This document shows positions 1 to 12,030 of a stretch of DNA of 64,000 nt, piece after piece. The first letter of the stretch is position 1, and each line of letters begins with the position of its first letter. The notes beneath the pieces were generated by a model. The model worked only from the letters and a program-made list of their open reading frames with translations, did no database searches and had not been told where the DNA came from. Position numbers and translations under genes: made by a program. This DNA comes from Psammoneis japonica (lineage: Eukaryota): positions 1 through 64,000 of the forward strand of contig QPGO01000147.1 of NCBI GenBank assembly GCA_008632985.1, given 5' to 3'.

Positions 1-3
1 GGC

Positions 4-854
4 ATGTTGGGACCGATTGAAGCAGAGCGAAGGCAACTCGAAGAAAAATTAAAGGCCGAGATTCAACCGTTGCCGCAACAGAGCAACGACGATATCTGGG
101 ACGAGTGTGAGATTTTGGAGTATCAAGATTCGTTTCAAAACAGTGAAACCATCAGTGATTCTGCCGTTGGCGCGTCATCTGGAAAGAGCAGCCATGAGCT
201 AGTGGAACTGGCGTACGACAATCGAACTCCTAAATACATTCGCGACGGGGATTTTGTGTTTATTGACGAGCAAACATGCATTGGTTGTACACAATGTGCT
301 CAAATTTCGCCATCATCCTTTCTCATGCTTGACAATGGCAGGGCTCGAGCCTTTAGTCAACGCAACGGTCCCGATATTAGCCAAAGCGTTGCCGCGTGTC
401 CGGTGAACTGCATCATGAGAGTTTCATTTCGTGAATTAAAGGAAATGGAAGCCAACCGCGACAAAGAGAACTGGGATGACGTGGATAGGCGACACTTGAA
501 TCATCGAAAGGGTAATGTTCCACTGTACGTGGCAGGAATGGATTCCGATGCCAATCATCGAAGCAGTTGGTACCATTACTTGAAACAAAAGTGTCACAGT
601 AAGTAGAGTATCTATGTATCTCTTGCCAAGATTTTGCTTTCCTGATCCAGATGCACCTAACGCTTCTCTGTTCTTCTTCTTATTCCCTCCCTCATTTAGT
701 GTCCAAGGCTTGCCCGCAGAAGGGTTGTTATGACTGTCCTCACTATGATTCACCCGGCGAGAATCCATACTTTAAGAAGCAACATCAAGAGGCTGAGCAC
801 GTGCGAGCACAGGAATTCAGTGACAGTCTTTGGCGAAAAACGGCCGAATTGTAA
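4..854 (+). CDS. 4Fe-4S ferredoxin-domain protein (similar to DnaJ-Fer/CDJ-type ferredoxin domains), join(4..598,700..854), possibly 5'-partial
   Basis: FIDEQTCIGCTQCA...ACPVNCI iron-sulfur motif. A GT-AG intron at 599-699 joins in frame to a second exon (KCHMSKACPQKGCYDCPHY). The frame is open at the window start. Confidence 0.8.
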
Positions 855-869
855 ACTAGGAATGCAGTT

Positions 870-2957
870 TTACTCGTGATACTTTATATCTAGCACAGAA
901 CCTGAGAACGGATACCCGTCTTCTCTCCAGATTTGCCAAATGACTCCTTGCGCCTGAAAGGCGACAAACATGTACTGAGCGTCGGGTGAAAATGCCAATC
1001 CAGTCGTTTCACTTTTAAAGCCAGGTCCGTCAAGAATGCTAAAATACTTGGCAGTGCCATCTCGTCCATGGACTCCCGACTTGCGGCCTCCCTCTTCGCA
1101 AAAGTAGATAATTCCATTCGGATCATTCAGAATGGATCCAATTTGATCAGGCCTTTTGTCAAAGGCACCACTCGTAGTGGTGAAATTGGTATACGTCAGT
1201 TCGTCAAGGTTCAAAATGTAGAGCCGACTTGACCTCTTTGTTGTAAAGTGGAGCAACCCATTCACGACATCAATGCCTTCACTGAGAGGATACAGTTCTG
1301 GGTTAGCATCAGCTTTGTTTAGAACCCATGCAAACGTTCCGTTCTCGCCGCCTTGATCGGGATGCATTTGAAGATAGTCGTGAGATCCGTGATTTAGCGT
1401 GCACCACTTTTCGGCAAACGTCGTTTTGTTGTAACAAGCCATTCCCTCGTCATTTGGTGTAAAACGAACCAACGCACCCTTCTTTGCGTCTTCTGTGGTG
1501 TAAAAGGTTGGAACGTCGTACCGAGTGTCAAACGAAAAGGATTCATAACTTCCGCCAAATTCAACAACGTTAGTTTGCTGAGCCTCCAGGACGCCAGACG
1601 GATCACATTGGTGTACTCTGCCTCTTCCATACTCTTCGCAAGACACCCAGCTGCCCCAAGGAGTTTTTCCGCCGCCACAGTTTCTCGTTGTGCCGTTTAA
1701 AATATTGTAATAATCCACAACATCTCCGTTGGCATTGAACTTTAAGACATAAACTCCGCCTCGCTGCTGTGTCACTTCCGAGTTGGTAGTGTAGTAAAAC
1801 CCTCCGTCAGGAGCCGGAAAGGTTGCCGCACCATCGGGTAGGTCATGAAGTAAAAGTGACGAATTGGATCCGTCCGCAAACTCAACGGGATAACCAGCAT
1901 AGGCAATCGCTCTGGCTGTCAAGCCGTTGGAAAGCACGATCTCTCGTCCTGCTCGACTGAAAATAGAGGAGCGCATACAAGATGTATAAGATAAGATAAG
2001 ATAAGGTATGATGGTTTCAGGGTAAGTAGTATTCGCAAGAACTTGTTCCAAATATGCAGAGTACCTTTCATGAATAAACTTACTCTGCCACTCGAATACC
2101 TTGCGAGAAGTTTCCTGGATGGTACGTTGCAGGAGTGTTGGTCGGCATTGGGGTTTGAGTTGGAGACATGGAAATAGTCGGTGACTGTGAAGGCTGTACT
2201 GAAACTGTTGGACTCGATGTAGGAGAGACGGATGGTGATGAAGAGGGTGTAGTTGTCGGCAACGCAGATGGAGCAGGGCTACTCGTAGGAGATGCCGACG
2301 GCGTCTGCGTCGGTGCATCGGACGGTGTACGCGTCGGAAAATCTGATGGCGAATGCGTTGGAAGACCAGAGGGTTCACTCGTCGGAGAATGTGTTGGCAC
2401 TGGAAACGTTGGAAAGTTTGATGGTAACATGGATGAAAGCTCTGTCGGAGAGGTAGTTGGGTCTTGTATTGTAGGACTTTCTGTTGGTTCATTCGTTGGA
2501 TCTGGAAAATCGTCATAGTCAGGTCCATTGCCAGCGCATTCAGCAATACCTCCAGCAACACCACAGACACAATATGGGAGCAAACAACAGTTTTGAGTTT
2601 GTGCTAGAGTCGACATGCAGTCACTGTCAAACTTGCATGGGGTAATTTGGCCAGAGTTGAATGGTAGGCTGTGGTAGATCACGGAGTAGAAGTTGGGACA
2701 AGAGTCCAACTCGCCATCCTGCTGGTTTTGCACCTAAGTAACAGAAGAAGCAAAAAGATATTAATGTCATTGTCGATAGATTAAACACTGAAACACAGTA
2801 CCTGTGCTCCAATCACATCATTAATCGCACATGCCTGCTCGTTCGCGTTTTCTTTCTGCGATTCGCTCATGTCGACGGCATGGACACAGCCCAAAACTAT
2901 CAATAGGATCGCAGCACGGATCACAACATGAATTGACAAGGGACTATTCTTATTCAT
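870..2957 (-). CDS. phoX: Secreted PhoX-family (DUF839) alkaline phosphatase with a Pro/Thr/Ser linker, complement(join(870..1956,2084..2733,2802..2957))
   Basis: Signal peptide (MNKNSPLSIHVVIRAAILLIVLGCVHA) and a PT-repeat stalk. PhoX motifs PDGAA, TTNSE, NCGGGKTPWGSWVSCEE, PDQI, ETTGLAFSPD. Both GT-AG introns restore the frame. Confidence 0.88.
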
Positions 2958-3945
2958 AATTTGTTGCGCTCCACTACTAGCTAGCTTTCAATCTCATCGT
3001 GGCGACACAAGCTCAGTCAAAACGGTACTTTTGGCCGTTGACTGTCATTTTCTGTCTTTTCGAATTCAAACGAACAAATGAATATACAGTAATACATACA
3101 TAGTATCATAGAAGACATAAATAATTATTTAGCACTGTACAACGTCACAATGGCGGCAGACGCACTGTACACCCCAACGGCTTCCGTCCCATTATGAGAT
3201 CACAGAATAAATAGCCCTAAAGAATGCCGGTAAATAATGAGTGGTGCATGCTGCTGTGGCATGAGAGAGGACCACCGGGCGGTGCAGCAGTCCTGCAAAA
3301 TGGACATGTCTGGTGCGCGACTTTGTTGCAGAAGTTGAGTCATCCTCCTGCCCATCTTCAACTCAGACTCAGGCACTGGGGAAATGCCGCGCTGACATCA
3401 TGATGTGTGCAAGGAGCAATGGCCAGACGTTGTCACAGGTGCAGACCATTTCTTGTTTTGCATCAACTGACACCACAAAGGTGCGTGGCCAATTTTCTGA
3501 TTTGCTGGCTGGTGGTGGCTGGGTTGCAGCAGAAGGTTGGCCATCTTGTTCCAACATTTTTGTTTTGCACTTGACTCTTGGAAAAGTCACCCACATCAGA
3601 GCGTGCAATGCAGCGATCCAGACCACCTTTCTTGCAGTGATTTTTTTGATCCGTTGCAGTGCCAAATTCTGTTGTTTCAAACCTTGACAGTTGTGCAGCT
3701 GGCAATGACATGTCAACTGTGACAGATTGACATTTTCATGCTTTGGGAGTGCTGGTCAGACCCCCCCTCTGCCCCCTGTGAAGAAAAATGTTTCGCCATG
3801 AACAGGGGCAAGTTTTCCCTGTGAGAGTGCCCACCCTCCATCCCCACAAAACCTGCAAATTAAAGTCATTTGCATTGCACCAAGAACATCACATTTTGTT
3901 GTTTGTGTTTAAATTGGACGATGCTGATGGAGACAACACACCCCT

Positions 3946-4470
3946 GGAGTTTGCAGCAGCAGCTGCTTGCAACTCGCTTTCTTGAAGTGCCGCTCCAACA
4001 CTGGCAGCCACCTTGTTCATTGCCAAAAAAGTGCAGAGCACATTGTGAGAGCAGTGCAATGCAGATGGACTGACACTGCCAACAGGAGCGGCAACATGGG
4101 CTTGCTGGTGCATCCCCCGGAGCAGGTGAGTTTGCAGCAGGAGCTGCCATTCCATCATTTGAAGTGCCGTTGCTCCACTCCACCTCATTCATTGCCAAAA
4201 AGAGCAAAACACATTGGGAGAGCATGACACAGATGAGCCAACACAACCCATGGGAATGGCGACATGAGCATGCCAGTGTGTCAGACACCGCTGATTCTGG
4301 AGCAGGTGAGTTTGCAGCAGAAGTGCTGTTGCTCCTCTGACCCACCCTCATTCATTGCCGAAAAGTGTGGAGCACATTGTGAGAGCACATTGTGGATGAA
4401 CTGACATGAACTGCAACACACACTTGCTGGTGCATGGGAGCATCTGGTGCCACTGATTCCAGAGCAACAT
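3946..4470. repeat. Diverged tandem repeat, about 175-180 bp x3
   Basis: gagtttgcagcag...ttcattgcc.aaaa...cacattg.gagagca recurs near 3947, 4128 and 4308. Confidence 0.8.
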
Positions 4471-4801
4471 GGCTCCACCCCTGCAACTCAAAGAAAACAC
4501 AGAAAGAAAGCATGTGAGCAAGCAAAAAACATCTCAAGTGCCACAGAAGAATGCACTTGCTGGAACAGCTGTGGGAACAAGCACTGCCTGCATGTGCACC
4601 ACATTGCACAAGGTGCTGCATGAATGACAAAGTCATCGGCAATGACCAAGTTCGCCCTGCAGCTCCTGTGCTGTGAATGGTTCATCGATGACATGTTTAG
4701 AGTGGTGTGGACCAGAAACAGCAGAGAGACTTAAAAAGCCTTTAAAAATGAGCCTGACAACTCAGGCAACCTCCAATGGGTTGCCCCCCCACTCTCTGCC
4801 T

Positions 4802-5110
4802 CTGCAGTCTTTCTGGATCTGGATGCAGAAATTGGAGAAGAGGGATGCAATGCAAGTGAACATGTCAAAAACCAGCAAAGCTCTTTTTGTTGTGCACACC
4901 TTTTTAAAGAGTGTCATGTGTGGTGAAGAACTTTTCATGTGTGTGATTCTGGCTGAGAGTGGCAGGAACAAGCACCGCCTGCAGTCTTTCTGGATCTGGA
5001 CATGGAAATTGGAGAAAAGATGGACGCAAACGCATCAAAATCCAATGAACCTCTTTTTGCACATGCCTTGTCTGAAGAGTGTCATTTGTGGCAACTTGTG
5101 ATCATTCTGG
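4802..5110. repeat. Tandem duplication, about 177 bp x2
   Basis: ctgcagtctttctggatctgga at 4802 and 4979, with downstream similarity (aagagtgtcat.tgtgg). Confidence 0.75.
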
Positions 5111-7995
5111 ATGCAAAACTGTGACACACGCGATCATGCCAACACTGCAGAAAAGCAAGTTTGTGATGTGCGTGCACACAACAACACGCCAGCAGCTCAG
5201 CATTTTAGATGCAGTGGATTCGTGATGGCACACTCGCGATCACAAAACTCAAGCTGCAGCCAAATCAAAACCCATCTTGACCAGCCAGAAGGACAGCAGG
5301 TTTCACCATGTGCTGAGCTGCTGTCATTGGCCAACGGGGCAAAGTCATTCACCACCATGGCCGGTTGTCGATTTGCAGATTTGCGACCACACACAGGATC
5401 CACGTGAATCATTGCAGTGCACGCTCTCGCATTCAAACTTTGGGGAGAGGGTGCACTGTTGTGAAGTGTGCAGAAAATTGCGCATGTAAAAAACACACTG
5501 AAAATGCCACACAGACCAACGGGCTGTGTGCAAATCTGCGAAACATGAAGAAAAATGAAGGTGGGTCACATGCGTGTGCATGAAGCACTGCATGTGCAGC
5601 AGACTGCACACACGCAAAGACACACACACATGAGTGAGGAGGACAAAGTTGCAAACCAAGTTCAAATTGATTGCAGTCAAAAGAAAAGTTAACGAGACAT
5701 CAGATGAAATGCACAAAACAGCTGCATTTTGTTGAGCACTTTTGCCGGCATTTTTTAAATTCTGCTTGTCAACAATTTTGACAATGCACATTAAAAAATT
5801 TACAAAGGAAAGTGGAGACCACTGCATTGTGGCCTCTCATGCACTGTTTCCCTTTGTCATGCTGTGGGTCAAAAACATGATTGTGTTGCTGCCTTGCCAT
5901 TTAAGACAGCAGGCTCAACTTGGCAATTTCTCTGCCTCCCCAGCTCTTGAGAGGGCTGACACACCAGGAAAAGCAGCACCAGCAGCAAAGTCATGTGCAC
6001 CACATTTCTTGGTGAAACAAAGACAAGGATCAAGGTTGGATTGAATCCAACTGTGTTTGAGCAGCCCTTTGCACAGCTTTTTCACAGAAGCATGCTGGAG
6101 ACTGTCGGAATCCAGACAGGCCTTTCAGCACCTGATTTTGGCTGAAAACCCTCTGTGGCAGTTTTTTTGTGACTGCCACACCTTCTTGATGTCACAGCCC
6201 ATCAGAAGAGTGGCAGCACAACCCACTTGACAAGCAGCCCATGCCATTCTTTCAGCATCAGAACAAAGAAAAAAAGCACGTGGATGGCTGCTGCGCACTG
6301 CTGGTGTGCAGGTCTCAAAATGTCAATGCCTTCTTGTTTCTGCAAATTTTGTTACAAACACAATGCCATGCCTTGCACATCAAGGGTGCACTGTCAGGGA
6401 GTCAGTTAAGTTTGAGTGCCCAAGTGCCATTCAAAATGCACTTCTCACATTGGTGGCTCTTGTCAGCGTCATCTCCCACGCACCAGCAAAGCAGCTTGTT
6501 CATTTTTTCAATTTTTTGTGACCACAACCCACTTGTCAAACACTCACATGACTGCACACACAGCTTTGTGTGCAGAGTTGTCAACATTGCAGGCTTCCAT
6601 GTCAACACCCAGATGTCCAGAGTCCCAAGATGGGCCAACTGGCAGGTGGAGCTTGGAGTGGTCCATGCCTGCAGCTTGCCCAGAGCATGTGATTTGGCTT
6701 TTAGAGCTTTGCATTGTTCTGGGAATGTGGAGTGCTCAGCAGAACCAAGAGAACAGCAGTGTCATTTGGCATGCCAACAGACACTGCATTGTGGGTCACA
6801 GCTGCATTTTGCTGCACACTTGAGCTTGAGCTGCAGAAGCAAAGAGCAGGCATGGAGCAAGCCTTGGACTGAGGCAAAATTGAGATCATGACCAAACTGC
6901 CAGCACCATTCCAAAATGAGCTCTTCTGCCTGCTGGCAAGGATTTTGCTGTCTGGGTGCATCCAGCACTGCAAGAAAATGACAATTTTTTTGCCAGCTCT
7001 CCTTTTTGGCATGTGTGTCATTCAATCTTTTGCATTGCAGTCTTGTCAAGCACCCAAGTGCATTTCAAAAATGCCCCTGCACATCTCTGTGCATGGCTTT
7101 GTTGATGAGAAATGATGCCAAGAGGTGCAAGCAGCAAATGGTGCATTGCACTGCAAACAAAACACACTTTGTAGAAGATGAAGAGTGCAGCCAATTGGCA
7201 AATGCCCACATTTTCCAAACAGCTCAAGCCATTTGTGCGATGCTCTCACAGGGCCCAGTCATTGGGGGAAAATGAGAGACTGGCAAAAAGAATGGCACAG
7301 GGTGCAGAGCCACACCCAAGATCAACTCCAAAACAAGCACTCAAAAGACACCCAACTTCACCACAGTTTAAACATCTTGTGACTTTTTCAACAACATGGC
7401 CCAGAGCACATCACAATTGTTTTGCATTCTCCTTTTCATCACTTCACAGGAAAGCAACTCTCAAGCTTTCTGACTTGTGGCCTTTTTTTTAATGCCATGC
7501 AGGAGAGAACCAAATTTGTCAGGTCAAATTGTGCGCAGCTTGCACACAATGTGCATGCTGTGAAGTCATGCAGAGCAGTGACACCAACCAGATGATGTCT
7601 GTGTCAATTGCTCAATTTGCCTTTGATCAAAAGCAAGCATCATCTGCTTTGACAAAAGAGCCATGGATGTCATTTGTTTGACACTCCCATGCATTGGGGT
7701 GCACCAATTGCCCCTGCCATGAATCAGCCAACCAGAGAAGCCGATTTGTTTGCATTCGGGCATCACACTTTTTTTAATCCAGTTCTTCTGGTGTTGCATC
7801 AAACACCTTAGCACCAACAAGACTGCAGCTGGTCTTGCCTCATTGGCTCAGCGAAAGGCAGAAGAAGCTTGAGGGCAACGACTTGCTGAAAATGGAGGAA
7901 GCAACTGCAGCTCATTCAAAAGCAGGGAGTGAAGAACATTCTGACAAAAAGAAGAGACCCGGGTCAGTGCATCAAGGCAACATGATGAACACCAT

Positions 7996-8224
7996 GGAGC
8001 TCCGGGGAGATGAGGAAGGCTTCAAGAATCGAGAACTGCCGTCCGCATCCAAACAATGCATGCCAATGAGTTCAGTGGTCAGCACTGCTGCACAAAGAGT
8101 CAATGAATGTCACAGAGCTCTGGGGAGATGAGGAAGGCTTCTAGAACAGAGAACTGCCATCCGCATCTGATCAATGCATGCCAAGGAGTCCAGTGGTCAG
8201 CACTGCTGCACAAAGAGTCAATTG
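7996..8224. repeat. Tandem duplication, about 118 bp x2
   Basis: gagctc.ggggagatgaggaaggctt...cagtggtcagcactgctgcacaaagagtcaat occurs twice. Confidence 0.8.
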
Positions 8225-8709
8225 CCATGCGCTCGTTGAATCACACAGAGACAGTCACCTGGAGGCCCAGGCCATTGGCCAAAAGATTGAATCAAAGAAA
8301 CAGAAGGTCGTGTGAACAGCCACAAAGAAAATGCCACCCGACTTCAACAGCAATGGCCGGGAAGAGTTGGTTGCCTCGGTTTCCTTGAAGAACAGCAGGT
8401 GGCATTCCTTTGACCACTGAAGCCTTCAGACTGTTGGGGTTAGCTGGAGACTTGTGGATGCAATCATGAATGGATCAACGGTGATGGACGTCGGCTTTCC
8501 CTTTTGTTCCATCACTGTAGCCGTGCCACCTCCACTCTGTGGGACTCTCAAGCGTAATGAATCCGGATTGCAACTTTTTTCTCCATTCCTTCTTCAGCTT
8601 GAGACTTTTTCGATTGGTTTCTTTCGGGCCTGCTCGGGTGAGCTTGAGCCAGAAACCACCGCTATCCGACGAGGATAGAGAAGGCAATGTACTGTCATTA
8701 TCGTCCTTT

Positions 8710-10400
8710 TTCGTAGCGCCAATAGCATCTATGCACTACCAACTTGTTTACCTCGGGTCAGTAGTGTTGCGTATCTATACCGCACCGCTTCCCACGCACT
8801 CTGCAATATGTGACACTAAATACAATACGCCCAAAGTTCGACAAATGTCTAATGGTAGACAATAAAAATACCACAGTAGTACGTCAAACGTCTAATGATA
8901 AATAATCAAGCCGTATAGATGCCGAACGAATCGCCATATATCGGTATGCAAAGGCTCAATAAACTACAATGTCGTTCCCACCATGCTTCAGGACATTGAC
9001 ACTTGAGTGAATTTCACGACTTTTCCAAGACCCCGCAACACCGCACATGCTGAGAGTCAATCTCCGCTGTCTACTTGAGTACTGCCTTTTCTATAGGTAG
9101 GAAGACAACCATCAAGTCCCTCCACTTCCTTCGCTCATCGCCAACGCAAGCCTTCCAATGCAACAGCCATGTCATTTTCACTCTCCAAAAAGAAGCGATC
9201 ACCCTCTGAATTGGTGCAATGAAAACTCAGACTAAAGTCACAAATTTGAACCTTGAAGGCAGGTATTTTGGACAGTGAGCTGCGAATCTGCTTCCCTCCT
9301 CTGCAGTCTCTCAGCTCTGAAAGCCAAGGAAACTCCTTCTCCTCTAGGATTCTCAAATCGAAACCCGCCGTGCATTCAAAGGCATTTGATTCATTTTCGG
9401 CCTGTGAAATGAGAGCCCTTCCTCCAGCCTGAGTACAATCTACCTTGATGTCTTCATTCATCCAACAGAAGCGCTTTTCTCAGATGTCAGGGTGCAACAG
9501 GGGGCCTCGTTCTTGGATGAAGGCTTCACTGTCTACAATGCACACTGATTTCATGTTGTCACGCCTGAACAGAGTAACTCGGAGTCGGGGAACACGTTTG
9601 CCAATGTGTGCTCTTACCGCATCTTCTACAATGTCTGTTGTGATGCCAGTGATGCCCTTCAAACCGAGCGCTTCATCATCATCACAGTACCAAGACTTGC
9701 GAACGGATGCTGTTGATGATGCGTACGGATTTTCAACCGTGAGCACCCCCACGGCGTCATGCGCACGTAACATATTTCGGAATTCGAGCCGAATCTGATC
9801 TTGCGACCACGAAGCTATGACGTGTCGGCGACGCTTGTTTTTGTTGACATCGTTGGATCTCTCGATTCGGTAGAGTTCCACAACTGCAAAGATGGAGTTC
9901 AACGGAAGGTTGTGAGTGAGTGGAACTCTTGGAAGCTCCTCCATCGGCACTTCCCTAGAGAGAGATTCAGCCAAGCGACGGAAATCCCAGTTAGGTTATA
10001 CGGAGAGAAAACTCTGGACCGTACTCTCGGAATAAGTGTTTGCGCAGATTTGTTTCCACAAGTCTCCACAGTCTTGACTTGAGGAGAGCATTTTGTTCCA
10101 GGATTTACACACTCTGGACGCAGATCCGACATCCTGAGCATCAAGCCAGCGCATGACTAGCCGCCACGTAAAGTCATCCATCACCATGTTTGTTCAATCG
10201 TCTTAGACATCAGACACAAGGCAAAAGGGGTTAGTTGAGCGCGGCTGCAGCAACACCAGTGCGATGATGAGTGATGAGCCCGCAGCGCCTGTGGATACAA
10301 GTACGGTACGATGAGCCAACCACAACGAACAAACGCGGCGCCGCACGCTCCCCACGCGAAACGCGAGCAGCGCTTGACAGACAGCCAGACTGACAGCGGT
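8710..10400. repeat. Copy 1 of a 1.7-kb inverted segmental duplication (partner 39470-41138)
   Basis: Near-identical reverse complement covering the F-box gene and its 3' flank, with a more diverged promoter. Confidence 0.95.
9135..10187 (-). pseudogene. F-box-like protein pseudogene (paralog of 39669..40719)
   Basis: Three ORFs lie in one frame, separated by in-frame stops at 9996-9998 (CAA>TAA) and 9480-9482. The N-terminus is F-box-like (RLVMRWLDAQDVGSASRVCKSW). Confidence 0.88.
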
Positions 10401-10563
10401 ACGTAAGACGCGACCCGCGACGATGGCTGGCGCCGCTACCGCCACCGTTGCGCTGAAAGTGTTGATGAGCGAGCAAGACACGGTACATACAACACAGTGT
10501 GCTTCCCGAACTCTGCACTATAGCTCTACTGTAGCTCTAGAGAGAGTGTCTGTAAGCCCCGCC

Positions 10564-11658
10564 ATGTCTGAACATCATCTTCTTGGACACGACAATGCCT
10601 TGATCCTCAAGAGGGTCTGCGGCTGGCTCGAATTAGATGAAGTTCAGCAGTTGTCATTGGCTTCTCGTTCATGTCGGAAGATCATTGTAAACCACAAGCC
10701 GCTGTGGACGGACCTTATGAAGCAACGCTATCCAAATCTTTTTGACGTAGGTGGCGTTTCGTGCTGGAGCCATCATGACTACCTCATGAGACTTCGAATG
10801 CACAGAGATCCGGTGTTTCCGGTTCGTCCTGCGGCGCTTCCCGAAGAGCTGCTCTTGCCAGGCGAATTTCTCCTTCGTACATGGCAACCAGAGGCTATTT
10901 GCTTCTACATCGATCTTTGGAGAGGAAGCACTCGGATGATATCCACGACGCATCGAGTCAAGCTGGATGAGAAAGGGGAGCCCGTTTTCACCTTCAACAG
11001 CAACGATGAGCTACACAAGGCAGAACCCTGTTTCATCGGTTACGACGGAAACAGAGAATTTGTGCATCCTAACTTGAGCGGAGATGATAGAGCATTTTTC
11101 AGACTAGGTGGACCCAGGGAGATCCAGCTGTGTGGTGATGACGCAATCGAACAAGCCGAAGCCATTGCACGTGAATTGCACAGTTTCGGCGAATATGGAG
11201 ACATCAATGTCAAAATGTACGCAAGCTTATCTTACAAGGTCGAAGGTGTCAACGTTCCCACAATGGACAAGCCAGTTATGCTCCTGTCAGAACATAAAGC
11301 CTTTCATGGTGACAATGAATATGGAATGCCGGTGCGGTTGTTGTTTCAGACAGATGTGATAGGCAGATATGAATGGTCCGACAAGGACTTGCCTGATCGA
11401 TATGTTAGCTCGCCTCTACCATTTGACCCTAGCATTGATTTGTTCTTTTCCCCTCGTGGTGAGCGCTGGAATCAGTTTCCGAATTGGGATGGTGTAATCT
11501 GCGATCGGATGAAGAATGACACGGTGGACGTTTGTTCCTTGTATCTCGAGCTTAGGTTTTATACGGCATCAAGATTTCCTTTAGACTTCTCTGGCATTGT
11601 TTTATCAAGGCTCCTTTCCTTGTACCATGAAGTGATTCGCCGTGTTGAAGAAGTGTAG
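10564..11658 (+). CDS. F-box-like protein
   Basis: Single long ORF with an F-box-like N-terminus (ILKRVCGWLELDEVQQLSLASRSCR...LWTDLMKQRYP). Head-to-head with the F-box pseudogene. Confidence 0.72.
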   Translation: MSEHHLLGHDNALILKRVCGWLELDEVQQLSLASRSCRKIIVNHKPLWTDLMKQRYPNLFDVGGVSCWSHHDYLMRLRMHRDPVFPVRPAALPEELLLPGEFLLRTWQPEAICFYIDLWRGSTRMISTTHRVKLDEKGEPVFTFNSNDELHKAEPCFIGYDGNREFVHPNLSGDDRAFFRLGGPREIQLCGDDAIEQAEAIARELHSFGEYGDINVKMYASLSYKVEGVNVPTMDKPVMLLSEHKAFHGDNEYGMPVRLLFQTDVIGRYEWSDKDLPDRYVSSPLPFDPSIDLFFSPRGERWNQFPNWDGVICDRMKNDTVDVCSLYLELRFYTASRFPLDFSGIVLSRLLSLYHEVIRRVEEV

Positions 11659-12030
11659 CTATGCAGGGACAGCAATTCAGAAAGAGCGTGCTGTAACTTT
11701 GCACAGTAGAACTTTTGGGATAAGTTGTTTCTGTCGTCGGGACCTTTCTGTGAAGCTCCTTGGCACTCGTTCGGGAAGTACAAACATACATTATTCAGGA
11801 AATACGACATGCACAATATTCGGGAAAGTCATAATGTGCGGCACTTGTCCTTATACTATTTTTGTAATTTGCTAAAATAGAGACAGGTAGCAAGGTGATT
11901 TTGAATACTATTGTCGCTGGTTTTCGCTACTCGCCCCTTCTGTACGAGTCCGAAATCGATCTGCATACGCATCCATTCCAGACCCGGGTCCGTACAGTGC
12001 GTGTTCCCAACATCTCGGCGTGCGCCAGGC

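Larger units (their letters stand above)
3241..8480. other. Hypermutated domain D1 (TpA- and CpG-depleted, TG/CA-rich degenerate repeat or TE DNA)
   Basis: A manual scan found about 23 TpA in about 5.2 kb, about 19 of them in TTAA/TTAG/CTAG, and no ATA/TAT. ORFs are nearly Tyr-free and Cys/His-rich. Confidence 0.9.

Noticed and set aside
870..2570. The 566-aa ORF as given in the ORF track
   Set aside because: Its first 200 or so residues are an off-frame reading of exon 2 plus the intron. The spliced model gives a signal peptide and PT linker.
5160..5300. QWIRDGTLAITKL as a Copia RNase H remnant
   Set aside because: Too short and too mutated to assign; it would need back-mutation and a profile search.
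3313..8388. Dense overlapping Cys/His-rich ORFs here and in D2-D4 as metal-binding proteins
   Set aside because: They occur in all six frames and lack Tyr. They are an expected by-product of TG/CA enrichment and loss of TAA/TAG stops, and have no recognisable domains.
3241..8480. Fungal-type RIP as the cause of the compositional domains
   Set aside because: RIP raises TpA and lowers CpA/TpG; the opposite is seen here.
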